Of a stretch of 64,000 bases of DNA, positions 12,401 through 23,590 are shown in pieces. A program made the translations under genes and the position numbers. The notes under the pieces were generated by a model. It made no database searches, was not told where the DNA came from, and saw nothing but the letters and a program-made list of their open reading frames with translations. Source of the DNA: Phoronis australis (lineage: Eukaryota > Animalia > Phoronida); the NCBI GenBank assembly GCA_002633005.1, contig NMRA01000079.1, positions 510,102 to 574,101 on the forward strand. The letters are read 5' to 3'. The stretch's first letter is position 1, and each line of letters begins with the position of its first letter.

Positions 12401-15400
12401 ATAAGCATAGACTATATACAACATGGACCGCCAACTCTATATATTCCCAACGCGCAAAATCAGTCGGTGATATTGCACACAAGCCGCGACCACCGCGACG
12501 GCAACAATCACTAGCGCCGTTATGCATGTTTTAGGTCCTATGAGTCACGTCGTCTGCTCACTAACGGTATGTAAGACCCTAGAAAATTGACCAAACATGG
12601 TTACCTTTGGAACATCATTTATCAGATACGATGCTTTATTCATTGTTCTCCAAAACACCGTTAGGCATTTTTTAAAAATGTTCCACTTTTGCATGACGAC
12701 GTTTTATGAAAACATTCAAAAGTTGCAAATGGCGAATACGAAGTGATAGCACTTATATCAGACGAAAATTAGCCATGATATTGATGTTTTTTGTTTATGA
12801 CTATACCGGTACCTTTCTTTTTGCTATATTTTGCTATATTTTGCTATATTTTGGTAACTTAAGGTTACGACATCCTGGTGGGTATAGTTTGGTACAAAGT
12901 CACCAATGAAATACTACAGTTTTTTTCTTTCAGAAAGTATGTACTTTCACGGAATTAAGTAATTTTGTAATTTTGTAATTTTGTAATTTTGCACATATTT
13001 GGCTAAATACACTGCCTTGTCTGGATAAAATTAACCGGAAGCCGAGCTGTGCATCGGAAGAGAGTGGGGGCTCCTCTAGGAATTACATAAGGACATCTCT
13101 GAGCTACGAATCTGTTGTGTAAGATCTGTGACATGAGAGAGAAGTAACTTGTGTACCTTGTGCAGCCCGATGGAAGCTGGAACCACCGCAATCTCCTCCA
13201 ACATCAGTTGGAACTGTGGCGCGTGCAGGGCGTCGTAAACTATAGGGTACCAGATTTGCAGTCGGATGGGGTACTGAAAAAAAGAACGCCGTGGTAAGTG
13301 GCCAAAACGTTCGAGAAAGAGCGATATACACTACGCTCCTTCTAATTCATTTAAATTCTCACAATTTTTCTTCATTTCCAAATTGAGGAATGAGAGATGA
13401 AACTATGAAAACTGAATGACTACAATCAAAGTGTACTACTACCACTTATTAAAATTAAAACAAACGTTACAAAAGGAATTGGTCTCGTAAAGCAGACGAC
13501 ATTGTGTGAATTAACACGAACAGGGCAATACGACTTTGGGACTATTTTTGCGGTGGAATAAAACTTGCATAGACTGCAAATCAAACACAGGAACTGCCGT
13601 GATCATGCGCATTAGTCTCATTTGAAGATTTAGCTTATTACTAACAGATTGCTGTAGGTTGTCGTGGTTATATAGCTCGAAACTGTGGACGCGACCGCCT
13701 GGCAAGTCGTAGGTGTAATCAACTAAGGACATCAGCCCGCCGACGTCAGTGTTCCACGCGTCTCGTTTTTCCACGAGATTGCCGTAGTAAACTTCATTGC
13801 CTGCAAGAAGAGAGACAACAGTGGCTAAAAAATACAATCTGACTTTTGTGTAAAGTATTGGCACAAACTTCCTTAGACTTTCGTGTCACTTTTTGGGTGA
13901 AATCAACGGTTAGGAACTATAAACCAGCTATACTGTTCTAACAAAAAAAACTAATTTTTGATTCAGTCCCCTACGGTTAGGAAACAGTGTCCGATTCTTC
14001 CTTAATTATATTAAAATTAGTTTCTGGAATTGAGAACGACTCACAATACGACCAGTCAAGTTAACTAGTTTGAGCCAGGCCTCGCCAATGATCAGTGCCC
14101 AGTATGTTTGGTATACGGCGGATTTAAGAAACAAAACAGCATTCGTCCCAAAATTTAATTCTTGTTAAACAATTGAGGATGTACATAGACCTTATAAATA
14201 GGAGTTTGCTTTTTGACAGATTAGAGCGTACATGCTTCAACATCGACTCCAATAGAATGATTCCAGTTGCGATTCTCTGTAAAAGTATATGCCTTCTGCA
14301 CGGTGGGTGCATCTGCCTCGTTGAAAATGTAGGTGTGCATTACGTATCCGGGTGAAACGTGATAGGAGAGTGGGTCGATCTTCTGGGTAGTAGTGAAGCC
14401 CATGAGGCTGCCCTTCACGATGTAGACGCTTGTTGGCACTTCAAACTATAAAGCGACGTACATGTAGGATTACAAGAATCAAGCCGTAATTAGGGTGTGT
14501 TTAGGAGCACTCGATGCCATCTCTGTGCCTTCTTGTCTTGTTGACTACAGCAGGAATTGAAGCTAGATACGATTTTACCAGTTTTTACAAAGTCTTTAAA
14601 TGTTGTCAATAATTACATGCACAAAACGCAATTTGCAAAATAGGCTGTCTTACGACCAAGGCTATTCTGGGGACACTGATTAAGTTTTCATGGACTAGAA
14701 TGCAAGGACACACGGCTTTGGGGATTTTTAATTGGATCAAAAATCACTATTAGCTTCAATACATCACATGAAAAAGTCTTTGTAATGTAAATTTGAACAG
14801 TCTTATTTGACAAACTCGGGTCCGGTAACTTAAAGATCTTTAATGAAACAAGAGTCCAGGTTTACGCCAGTGGAAGGTATTTGTTAGACTCACTCACCGT
14901 TTGGATTTGATTGACAGGTTGGAGAGCGGCTAGTATTTCAAACACCAGCTGTAGGCGTGGTTTATCCAATGTGTGATAGGCAATGGGATACCAGATTTGA
15001 AATTTCAGATCAGTCTAAAATGATATGACAATAAATCATAGGAAAAAAAGTAATCCAAAAACAATAATTAATAACAAGTCAATCAGTGCAAATAGTCGTT
15101 TATATTACAATGAATGAATTCAAACTGTCTTTCCGATAGTATTTCACCTAAAAAAATTTTGTACAACGGAAACTGACCATTCATTCCCACAGTTCAACAT
15201 TCCAAAATCTTCGACCAACTACTTCAGTAACCGCCATTTTGCCAAGATAGTCTATTAAGCATACTCGTGAATTTGCGAGGTCTTGCTTTTCTCGCGAACT
15301 AGGTCCACCGCACGTTCCCCTGAATACAGCTTCTGCCTCATACCTGTGCGTTTAAATCTTGGGCGAAAACGTGAAACCGACGCAGTCTCCCATCTGGTAA

Positions 15401-15884
15401 CTCGTGCATGCCGTCTACGAACGACTGCAAGAAGCCGATGTCGGTCTGGCCCGAACTGCGCCGCGTCAGCGGGTTACCATAGAACTGAACTTGGCCTACA
15501 AGAAAAAAAGGGGTTGGCCAAAAAACGGACGGTCTATTCTCGCAACGAAGAACACTTTAAAACCAAAACATGTTGATGAAATACAATTTCAGGATTGTAA
15601 GATCGATAGAATTTGCATAAACGACAAGATCCCGCCTGCGCCGGATGGCAGCATCGTTGGGACTAATTTCTGTTGCCGTCAGGTGGCACAACACCAAAGC
15701 ACCATTCGAAAAACACCGAACAGCTGGAAACAATTGAAATGAACCTATTATGAAAACGAAATTTCTCATGTAACTGCAATGCACAAAAAGCTGTGGTTAG
15801 TGTAATTACCAAAAAGACCTCACCTTGGACTACCTGTAGTGACACTAGTAAGAAAAAGAAGAGAAACGCAGACTGGCGGGTCAT
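134..15884 (-). CDS. Large secreted non-fibrillar collagen-like gene, 21 coding exons in window, 3' end beyond window start
   Basis: Hand-spliced GT-AG exons in transcript order: 15884-15824, 15495-15344, 15014-14898, 14445-14232, 11958-11804 (or duplicate 13800-13646), 11439-11323 (or 13273-13157), 9834-9615, 9299-9147, 8486-8397, 8064-7804, 7575-7324, 7032-5801, 5636-5405, 4492-4340, 3026-2778, 2323-2093, 1872-1765, 1669-1574, 1297-1154, 959-712, 467-134. All intron phases are compatible, giving 4819 nt of open frame (~1606 aa): signal peptide, two globular repeats, then >1250 aa Gly-X-Y. Confidence 0.9.
712..959 (-). CDS. Collagen exon 20
   Basis: cag|GT GCA AGT ... CTG AGA|gtgagt; Gly-X-Y; 248 nt. 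Confidence 0.9.
1154..1297 (-). CDS. Collagen exon 19
   Basis: cag|GC ATT TCC ... AGC G|gtaagt; 144 nt Gly-X-Y. Confidence 0.9.
1574..1669 (-). CDS. Collagen exon 18
   Basis: cag|GT GAC GCT ... CAA G|gttagt; 96 nt; contains GVSVKG interruption. Confidence 0.88.
1765..1872 (-). CDS. Collagen exon 17
   Basis: aag|GA GAA ATG ... AAA G|gtacgt; 108 nt Gly-X-Y. Confidence 0.88.
2093..2323 (-). CDS. Collagen exon 16
   Basis: cag|GG CCT CCT ... CAA G|gtgaga; 231 nt; GIG interruption. Confidence 0.9.
2778..3026 (-). CDS. Collagen exon 15
   Basis: cag|GA GAA TCC ... CGG G|gtgagt; 249 nt; GSSIVG interruption. Confidence 0.9.
4340..4492 (-). CDS. Collagen exon 14
   Basis: cag|GT TCC ACT ... AAA G|gtagga; 153 nt. 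Confidence 0.9.
5405..5636 (-). CDS. Collagen exon 13
   Basis: cag|GGA AAC ATC ... GTT G|gtaagt; 232 nt. Confidence 0.9.
5801..7032 (-). CDS. Collagen exon 12 (1232-nt exon)
   Basis: tag|GA CAG CAA ... GAT AAG|gtgaga; ~410 aa Gly-X-Y within ORF 5765..7063. Confidence 0.93.
7324..7575 (-). CDS. Collagen exon 11
   Basis: cag|GC ACA CCA ... CAA G|gtaaca; 252 nt. Confidence 0.9.
7804..8064 (-). CDS. Collagen exon 10
   Basis: cag|GG TTA CCT ... CCG G|gtaaga; 261 nt. Confidence 0.9.
8397..8486 (-). CDS. Collagen exon 9
   Basis: cag|GT CCT CAA GGC ... GCA G|gtacat; 90 nt, ten Gly-X-Y triplets; not shown in this frame in the ORF track. Confidence 0.88.
9147..9299 (-). CDS. Collagen exon 8 (start of triple-helical region)
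   Basis: cag|GC GTA ACG ... ACG G|gtaagc; (C)[26 protein letters not shown]...; 153 nt. Confidence 0.88.
9615..9834 (-). CDS. Collagen gene exon 7 (globular repeat 2, part C)
   Basis: cag|TTT CTT GTC ... CCA T|gtgagt; [19 protein letters not shown]...[11 protein letters not shown](C); homologous to exon 14232-14445. Confidence 0.85.
9978..10143. repeat. 25-bp minisatellite (catgtgtacatatatgcatattata) x ~6.6
   Basis: Direct tandem copies with few substitutions; intronic. Confidence 0.9.
11323..11439 (-). CDS. Collagen gene exon 6 (globular repeat 2, part B)
   Basis: cag|TAC CCC ATT ... CAC AAG|gtacaa; [39 protein letters not shown]; 117 nt. Confidence 0.85.
11804..11958 (-). CDS. Collagen gene exon 5 (globular repeat 2, part A)
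   Basis: cag|GC AAT GAA ... CAA TCT|gttagt; (C)[51 protein letters not shown]; 155 nt. Confidence 0.85.
13157..13273 (-). CDS. Duplicate or allelic copy of exon 6 (V>A variant)
   Basis: Same splice sites, 117 nt, within the 1.8-kb duplication. Confidence 0.6.
13646..13800 (-). CDS. Duplicate copy of exon 5 (identical)
   Basis: ORF 13511..13864 is identical to 11669..12022. Confidence 0.6.
14232..14445 (-). CDS. Collagen gene exon 4 (globular repeat 1, part C)
   Basis: tag|TTT GAA GTG ... GCA T|gtacgc; [18 protein letters not shown]...[11 protein letters not shown](C); 214 nt. Confidence 0.85.
14898..15014 (-). CDS. Collagen gene exon 3 (globular repeat 1, part B)
   Basis: tag|ACT GAT CTG ... 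CAA ACG|gtgagt; [39 protein letters not shown]; 117 nt, same length as exon 6. Confidence 0.85.
15344..15495 (-). CDS. Collagen gene exon 2 (globular repeat 1, part A)
   Basis: tag|GC CAA GTT ... GCA CAG|gtatga; [50 protein letters not shown]; 152 nt. Confidence 0.85.
15824..15884 (-). CDS. Collagen gene first coding exon (signal peptide)
   Basis: [20 protein letters not shown](G)|gtgagg: basic N-terminus, hydrophobic core, VQG cleavage. An acceptor at 15914-15915 implies an upstream non-coding exon. Confidence 0.85.
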
Positions 15885-15983
15885 TTTTGTCCACGAACCA
15901 GAGTTCTTCAACCCTGAAAGAAAGTGGTTCATTGAAAAGCTTTATAAAAACATATTTCAAATGCAGGCGTTACTAGACTTCAG

Positions 15984-17157
15984 CAGCCGATTTCATAAAG
16001 GTGGTTTAACAAAACCAGGTGTAAGCTTTAAACCTGGTCTTCCTAAACCTGGTCTAACTTTAGACCTGACTTGCATTTCACCAACATGGTTTAAGAGTCT
16101 GAAAGCCTGGTTTTGCTAGACCAGGGAGCTAGTTCAGTAAAACCAGGTTTAAAGTATCAAAGGCACACCACTGTGTCGAGCTGGGTAAACCCAACAAAGA
16201 AACTATTGAAATGCTTCAATGAAACCTTGATCACGTGGGTATACAACGGCATACACTAGTAGAATCAGTGCAGACATTTACGAAAAACCTCTAAAAGCTT
16301 TTCTCATGAGGAAAACTAATTTCTGTGCCCAACACACACACATTAAAGATCATGCTCCCGATTAGATGTAACATGTTAAATGCCCAAATTTATTTCCTTG
16401 TCATTTTAATGTTTATTTTCCGCGGCCAAAGGGGGGGGCAAGACCCCTTCCTGGCAATATTATATCGGAGAACAGTGGAGGTGGAACTCAGTCGGAAGAA
16501 TCAGAAAATGCTGTCTTTAGTCAAATCCGTAGCGCTTACGACGATGACGCCCTGCTCGATCAGTCGTATTCTGAGAAATCTACAGGACACACTCCTGCAA
16601 GTACTGGTCTACGCATAGGCAGATCCACGGTGGTCAAGGGGTCTAGAGTCCCCTTTTTTCCTTTGGTTTTAGAGATATCAAATCTATCATTTTCAAGTTG
16701 TTGACTTGCCCCCCCCCCTTTCAAAAAGTCCTTGACCGTTCCCCCTTTAAAAATCCTGGATCCGCCCCTGCTACGTTTGATCTTGTGTCACAGTAAATTG
16801 AATATTGAAAATAGTCCAAACTGCGTTGCAAATGCTCTCCGAGGCATCATTCAGTTGTACTTATACCATGCAAGTCTGAAATATTTAACAGTTAAACCTG
16901 GGTCTGACCAAGTCTAAAGTTAATCTTAAAAGATCTTAAACCTGTATTAAAATACATGTACAGGTCTAAAGAATATAGATCTCGTTGGTGAAATGAAAAC
17001 TGACTTAGACCAGGTCTAAACTGGAGTTAAACCAGGTTTTGCTAGACCACTGGTTTAAAAGTTAAACCACCTTTATGAAATGTAGATTATCTGTAAACCT
17101 GGTCTAAGTCCAGTTTAAACCAGGTTTAACTTTAAACCAACTTTATGAATTCGGCTG
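15984..17157. mobile_element. Non-autonomous PIF/Harbinger element
   Basis: TIR cagccga(t/a)ttcataaag(g/t)tggtttaa at both ends; 3-bp TSD CAG (15981-15983, 17158-17160); many subterminal aaacctggt/accaggt motifs. Confidence 0.8.
16614..16770. mobile_element. hAT-like MITE nested in the Harbinger element, 5-bp TSD CTACG
   Basis: cataggcagatcc ... ggatccgcccctg; CTACG on both flanks. Confidence 0.75.
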
Positions 17158-17985
17158 CAGGTGTTTATGCTAAAGCTAGTCGAGGTAAGTGCAGGTCATG
17201 CACATTTCTTCCAAAGACACGTACATGTACGCACACTCTGCGGCCTCGGCAAAGAAAGGAACAGTTGTACTTTGAGTTCAGTTAAAGACAGAGCGAAAAT
17301 AGGCTGGCTATGGCATGTGAAGGTGTTACGTGGGTGTGGGTGTTACGTGCGTGGGCGTGTGTGTGTGTTTGTGTGTGAGGAAATGAACGCGCGCAACCCC
17401 CCCCTCTCGCGTTCTAAGTCTGCACCAACACTCCTTGTCACCAACTCTCCGTTTCCATTTCCTTTTGACGTCAAAATAATGACGAGGCTTGTCACTAAGT
17501 CTTTCACCTGTGCGGTTTTGCATGCTCTGGCGTGGTGTCGCTTTTCTCGAACACTAAGAACATGACCACGGGCTGCGTTTAAATCTGAGGTCAGCGAGAC
17601 TGAAAGCATTTGACCCGTTCCTAGAAATTAATTTACGATCATTTTTGACTTAAATCTATGATTTGTCTTAACTTCCAAATTTGAAACTTTCACATAACGG
17701 AAGTTAGTAAAAATTTATAAAAAACTTAAGTCAAACTTAAGATCTCTTTCTTGAAACGGACTTAAGACAAATTTAAGTTTTATCTTGAAATTGACTGAAA
17801 TTTAAGGTTTGTCTTACTCAAGTGGGTTTTCGTGGAAAGGACTCTGGATTTCATATTGTAAGAGAGTGCGCCATCTGTGGTACGTTCGACATGGACAATT
17901 TTTTTTCTCTCACTCGCCCACTGACCCACTTTGTAAGGATTTTTCTAAATTGCTCCAAGGTTTTGACGGTAACCGTGGGCTACTG

Positions 17986-18458
17986 TGCTCGGTTGCATGA
18001 AACAGTCCCAAATAGGGACTCAACTAAGTTCCCTAAATCTACTGCGTATTTGTGGACTTGCGAAAACATTGATTGATTGCCCTTTCTTGCATTGTTTTAG
18101 TTCCATTACTAAGTCGACTTCTGGCTTTGATAAAAATCGAGAGAGAATTCTACGCTGGATTATCAATATTATCGAAAATAAGTAGGGACCGTTTCATGTA
18201 ACACCCCCAATTCTAGGACTGAGTCCCTATTTATTTTCAGTTTTTAGTTATATTATTAGAAAATGTCATTAGTCAAGGAAGAGCTCATGCATTGTTATTC
18301 GTACGACTGTGTTTAGTGAGAGCTCCTCCGGTTCCGCCACGTTGTGTTGTCGGCTGCGTTTATCTGGCGCATCTGTACCTACATAAAGACACAAATACTC
18401 AAAAAGACGTCGGGACCTAGGCGAGTCCTTATTTGGGACCGTTTCAAACAACTGAGCA
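17986..18458. mobile_element. PIF/Harbinger-type MITE
   Basis: ~35-bp imperfect TIR tgctc(g/a)gttg..tgaaac(a/g)gtcccaaata(g/a)ggactc; 3-bp TSD CTG. Confidence 0.78.
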
Positions 18459-19742
18459 CTGGTGTTATGAACATAAACTTTTTGGCCTTATAATGAAACG
18501 TCATCGCGTTCTTATCCTTTGTTCGAAGTGAAATTAGTTTTTGCCTGGAATTACCCCCCCCCCCAACCCCGTATTGTCTTAGACACCTACCCTGTCTGCA
18601 AATAAGTACTGTTATCTTGCTGACTAATGCCGTTTGAAACGATAACGACCAAGACTATTCCAATCTGAGTGAGAGGTAGACAGAAATAGATTTGATAACA
18701 GTGAACTGCCTTAAAGAAAAGTTGTTTCTGACGACAGGTGCGGATTTATTAGCCCTTTAAATAACTCTAATCCATACATGTATATCACTTGGTAGACTAA
18801 AACAGGTTTCGATAGCTTTGAAACAGGGAAGTTTGTGGAGGAGTTACAACGTCTTACCTGAACGTGAGCCTTGTATTTCAAATTGTTCTAAACAACGGCC
18901 CGATGAGAAAACCCACGCCCATCAACAAACTGTCACGCTGGAACCCGAAGAAGGTCTGTCGATCCTTTGCAGCGCCCAGTATGTCTCGGGTGCGCAACCC
19001 GCAGGTAATTTGCATACTTGAGACAATTGCGAGCATAACTCCAAACGACGCCACGCTGAGCAAATGAATGGAAGAATCCAACTGCACTTGTGTTAAATTG
19101 CACAGTGCAGAATTGTTTTCTGGAAATACGACTGGTCGACAAAAAGTGCCTTGAATATTTAGGGTCACAATTTAAATAAATACAGCGGCGTAACTTTTGT
19201 GCAGAGACTATGTAAGGAAATTAAATTACGAAACCGGCTGTTTTTTGTAGGCTGTTGCGATGTTCTTTTCCTTAGCACAGGCATCTTGAATCACAGGCTC
19301 GTCGTGACGAGCGGGTGATTGAATTTGCCTTTGACTACTACCAGTGCCGACTGTGAACAATTCCCTCAAATGTTCCGAAACAAGTTGTTTCGAATGTTAC
19401 GATATGGCAAGGGAATTCTTATGAGGACGGATTTCTAGATCTTGCAACAAATGCCAACACTCAGTACACGTGTTGTAAATGGTTAGTTGCGTCATACGTG
19501 AACATAGAAACCGATTTTGTGTGGTGGAGTCCCCCGAATTGTGCGTACTGTGTTTCGCGTTGTCTTACGATCACAAATGCCTGCACGTGATTCACCGGAT
19601 ATTTGATTTGTTCTCGATGACGACTTCCGACTTACAGACCAATCTGGGGAGATTTCAATCAGTAGCGCTAGTACCTCTCTAGAAAAGCAGGATTTCCTGA
19701 GATTACGCGAGATATTGCCGCGTATTTTCAATGAGAGCATTT

Positions 19743-19840
19743 GATTTTGGCTAGATTTTTCTTGCCGCGAGACAGCTACTGAACTCTACCGTTGGTAGAG
19801 TTAAATAGCTGTCATACGGCGACAAAATCTAGCCAAAATC
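19743..19840. repeat. ~98-bp imperfect palindrome (hairpin)
   Basis: gattttggctagattt...aactctacc gtt ggtagagtt...aaatctagccaaaatc; the left arm recurs at ~21095-21185. Confidence 0.75.
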
Positions 19841-20817
19841 GTTCCATCAACTGATGTTAACCCAGTTCGTTTCTATAAATGTAAGTTAAAAGTAAAAAAA
19901 TCTTATACATGATATACGTGGAGAACAATATTGTTTGTTTTGAAGCTACGCTTTTGGGCCAGACTGTGATTACAGTGAATGACTTGGTATTTGGTTTGCT
20001 TCATAAATATTGGGCCCTGTATACTATGACGTACACTCAGTTCGTAGCAATGGGTAACAACGATAGTCTTTGTACTTTTCAGGGTGCTTCATCATTCGCA
20101 AAAAAAGAATTTAAACGTAAATTCTTGATTTGATAAATAGATCACCATCACAGCAGGGTAAACTTTTAAATTAAACTGTTTTTTTTTTAAAGTTGTGTAA
20201 ATTTCATGTCTTTGAGGAAAATAAAAAATATAATAAATTTTTAATATTTTGATTTATTCAAAATTTTATGTTGACAAAAACAATTGCACAACATCTGCAC
20301 ACGTGCACCCCAAATGTACTGCTTTCGTCCATGAATGTGTATTCGGGGAGTTTTTTTCGAACACAGGCCCATGTGCCTACTTTTGGAACGATAAATATAA
20401 TGATTATAGTCTGTAGTGATTCTCAGAGGTAACTGCATCAGCGACGCCGTGTGTCTTAGGCTCTATTCACGCTTTTATGAGTAAAGAGAAATCACCCAAA
20501 CTGCAAAATTTTCATTCCCCTTTATTGTTGAGTGACTCCATATGCGTTTTCAATATCAGTAGAATATCGCCACGAACACATCGAACTTGATACGTTCGCT
20601 TCCAGGGAACTTAACGCCATATCTGCTGGACTTCTCAACGGTAACTAAGATGGGCGTGGCCTAACAGCGTTTATCCTTAGTATCCACTGTTTAAGTGCCC
20701 GTGTTTAAGTTACTTGGTGCCATGTTTACGACGAATCGCAAGTCAGAAAAGACTATTGAAATCGGCTATCCCCTGCTACTAAGAACTAGTCAAGCATCGG
20801 GAATGCATGGCGGCATG

Positions 20818-20978
20818 CAGGGACGGATCCAGGATTTTTAGTTAGGGGGGGGGCAGGGCATAGTATTAGCCAGTATTTTGCTCGTCAGACATTCGCACCC
20901 CTCAAATGCCAAATGGAATCTGGGAAGAGTTTTAGGGGTGGCCATGGCCCCCTTGCCCCCCCTCTAAATCCGCCACTG
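20818..20978. mobile_element. hAT-like MITE, 5-bp TSD GCATG
   Basis: cagggacggatccagg ... aaatccgccactg; GCATG on both flanks. Confidence 0.75.
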
Positions 20979-23383
20979 GCATGCCAAGATCCTGAAGAGT
21001 TTTGCCTTGCTGACCCACTAGTCCACACAGACGTCAGGGCAGAGTTCAGTAATTCTAGGACGTCGTTAGGACCTCGCTAAAAATAAGACTTCGCGAGATT
21101 ACGCGAGATATTGGCATGTTTTCCATAAGAGCACGTGATTTTATTGGCCAGATTTTTCACGCCGCGAGACAGCTACTGACTCTATACCCATGTGAGTAAG
21201 ATCTGTACTGGTTTGGACATTAAATTTGCGACAGTCATGCGTAAATTATCCTGTAAAAACCCGCGACGGGAAAACGCGAGTGTTTGCGTTGTCCGCATTC
21301 ATTCGACTGGAGTGTTCTCATTAACGAGTGCTGTTTTCGCTGAGTTTTGAGTTCTGTGTTTTTATCTACGTACTTTAGTTTTGTTGTCTCATTTCATCTA
21401 GTATATCATCTGGGTTAGCCGAGTTGCGTATAGCCTCATTCCTAGCTGACAGGAAAATACCAGGAAGTGGTTTATTGAGCTATCGCTTGTCTGGTTTGTG
21501 GATTTTAGCTTAATAGGCCTACTCAGTTTGTTGCTGCTGCTCCTGTTGTTGTTGTTGTTTTGTTATTATTGTTGTTGTTGCGTAGTACGTGTTGTGGTAG
21601 TGTTTAGGATTTAAAGTACGTGATATGGCCCTTTCTGTTTTGTAGACCCTATGTTGTGACGAAGTACCATGCCCGTCAATCCTCCGTCCATGGTAACCGA
21701 AAACATCGTGTTTANNNNNNNNNNNNNNNNTAAATTTTTTAACTTAAAAGTTCACCTGATTAATAGTGCCTGAAGTTACTTTCCTAATTGTCTGTGGCAG
21801 CCGATCCTAGCTCATGTACAGAGTGTTGGCTGCTGTGACGCTGCTGTTGTGATGAAGTGACATTCAGTTCAGTCAGATGAAAACTAAATGCGGTGTTTTC
21901 AACCTGATTCTGAGTCAAGTCACTGGATTCTTTTTCCACCCTCAGCAGGACTACTGACTCATTGTTGTTGACCCAACGCTGGTATGTGATAAAAAGCGGA
22001 AGTTTATGTCGTTCCAGTTTAGCTGTACCGCTAAGGGCTTAGCCACCATACGTGGCTATATGTGAGCGCGTAGGGACCACGTAGTAGTTAACTTTTCTGT
22101 GTGAACACTTGATAAGTCGTGTAGAGACTGGAAACTCCTCTGAGAATCAGAGTGACGGACTGTCGGTTGTTATCACTAACATTGTTACCACTCACAATTA
22201 CGGACAAAAGCATTGGTTGAGATCGAGTTGTGACTGACCTCAAAGACCGGCTGCTGTATTTGTATATTTTATAAGTAAAACCAGCGGCGAGCAGATAGTG
22301 TTTTATTTCTGCACCGTTGCTTTGAAAATTTTGTCTTTCACGAATGTAAAATACGTATGTTTCGGCTAAGTAGGCTACACAACTGCCACTAGATCACGTT
22401 ATTTCAAAGTCAAAAGGTGAATCACGATAACCGCACTTAATCTGTCGTGACTTGTCAACATCAAATTGTGTGACATGGTTTGAGCGTCCTAGTTACGCCC
22501 GTGGCCTTATAATTTATGCGCGTCAGTAGTTAGGCCACGAACCTACGCGTTTAGCTAGAGGCTCGTTTCCATTGGTAAGTAATATAAGTATAAAGCGAAA
22601 TGTATAATAGGTCTACTTTTTGATTTTATATCATTTTCTGAATAAATAAGAGAAGTCCGTAACGTGTAAATGCGTAATCCGCACTGCGTTTATTTGAAAC
22701 GGATTGTGTAATCGATTGTCTGCGCGTAATGGATACGGAACTCCGACATGGAGTCAAAATGGCAACTACATGTACATGTACCTGTCTTCCGCCCATGGCA
22801 AAGGACAAGGCTGTCCTTCCCTAAGAATAAAATCTTCTCACAACGTCATCTACGTGCACGTGTCCTTTGCCCCCTGGAAATAATTGAGAGTTACAGTAAT
22901 TCACACTATTTTCACTCATGATTTGATCGTGGACACGTTAAGTTAACTTGCTGATTTTTTAAAAGCTGGCTCATGGAAACATGAAAACGCATTGGTTATG
23001 GCAAGGAGTATATCGCTCATCACGCATTGCATTACGCACTGACTGAAAAAAACACGGATTTTTGCACAAGTGTTTGAGATGTAGACGTATGCTCACGTGC
23101 GGGCACAGACAGCTGGCCTCTGTATATAAACGCACAGGTCTCAGGTGGCCCTCTGTGTGTCTATTGTGTCGTTTAGATAACTTCCAATTACTATTTCGTT
23201 ATGAGCCCACACATACACGTGATCCGAAAATGTTCGCGAAAATATTCTAGTTTTGTAATATTTTTAGACTCCTAATACACGTTAGTTTAATTATATATCA
23301 ATTGATTTCCACGAAAGTTAACTCTCACGAGCACGGAAATTAAGTATTTTTTTGGAATTGCAGATAATTAAAGCAAGTCGGGG

Positions 23384-23590
23384 ATGAATGAAGATGACAA
23401 GATTCGACTGCGGGTGAACCGCCGTGATATTGTGGAAAACGTACAAACTGAAGAGATATGTCATCGCTTGATAGCTGAGGGTATACTTAATGAAGATGAC
23501 GATGAGAGGATTAGAGCGGAGAAAACATCGAGAGACAAAGCAGCTGCGTTGTTGAATATGTTGCCGAAGAAGGGACCAAATGCTTATAAG
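23384..23590 (+). CDS. Paralog 1 exon 1, CARD N-terminal part
   Basis: 69 codons ending TAT AAG|gttttg; resembles caspase-9/RAIDD-type CARDs. Confidence 0.88.

Larger units (their letters stand above)
10508..14138. repeat. ~1.8-kb tandem duplication (10508-12296 / 12298-14138) joined at a single N; probable haplotype assembly artefact
   Basis: Copies identical in the distal ~650 bp and a few percent divergent proximally; N at 12297; duplicates two collagen-gene exons. Confidence 0.85.

Noticed and set aside
15600-15723. Possible extra collagen exon AVRCFSNG...IRRRRDL with a furin-like site
   Set aside because: It has an in-frame acceptor but no convincing phase-1 donor, and the signal exon already splices in frame to 15495. 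RNA-seq could revive it.
21652-22381. Possible solo LTR (TG...CA)
   Set aside because: No matching TSD, PBS or PPT found, and the region contains an N gap.
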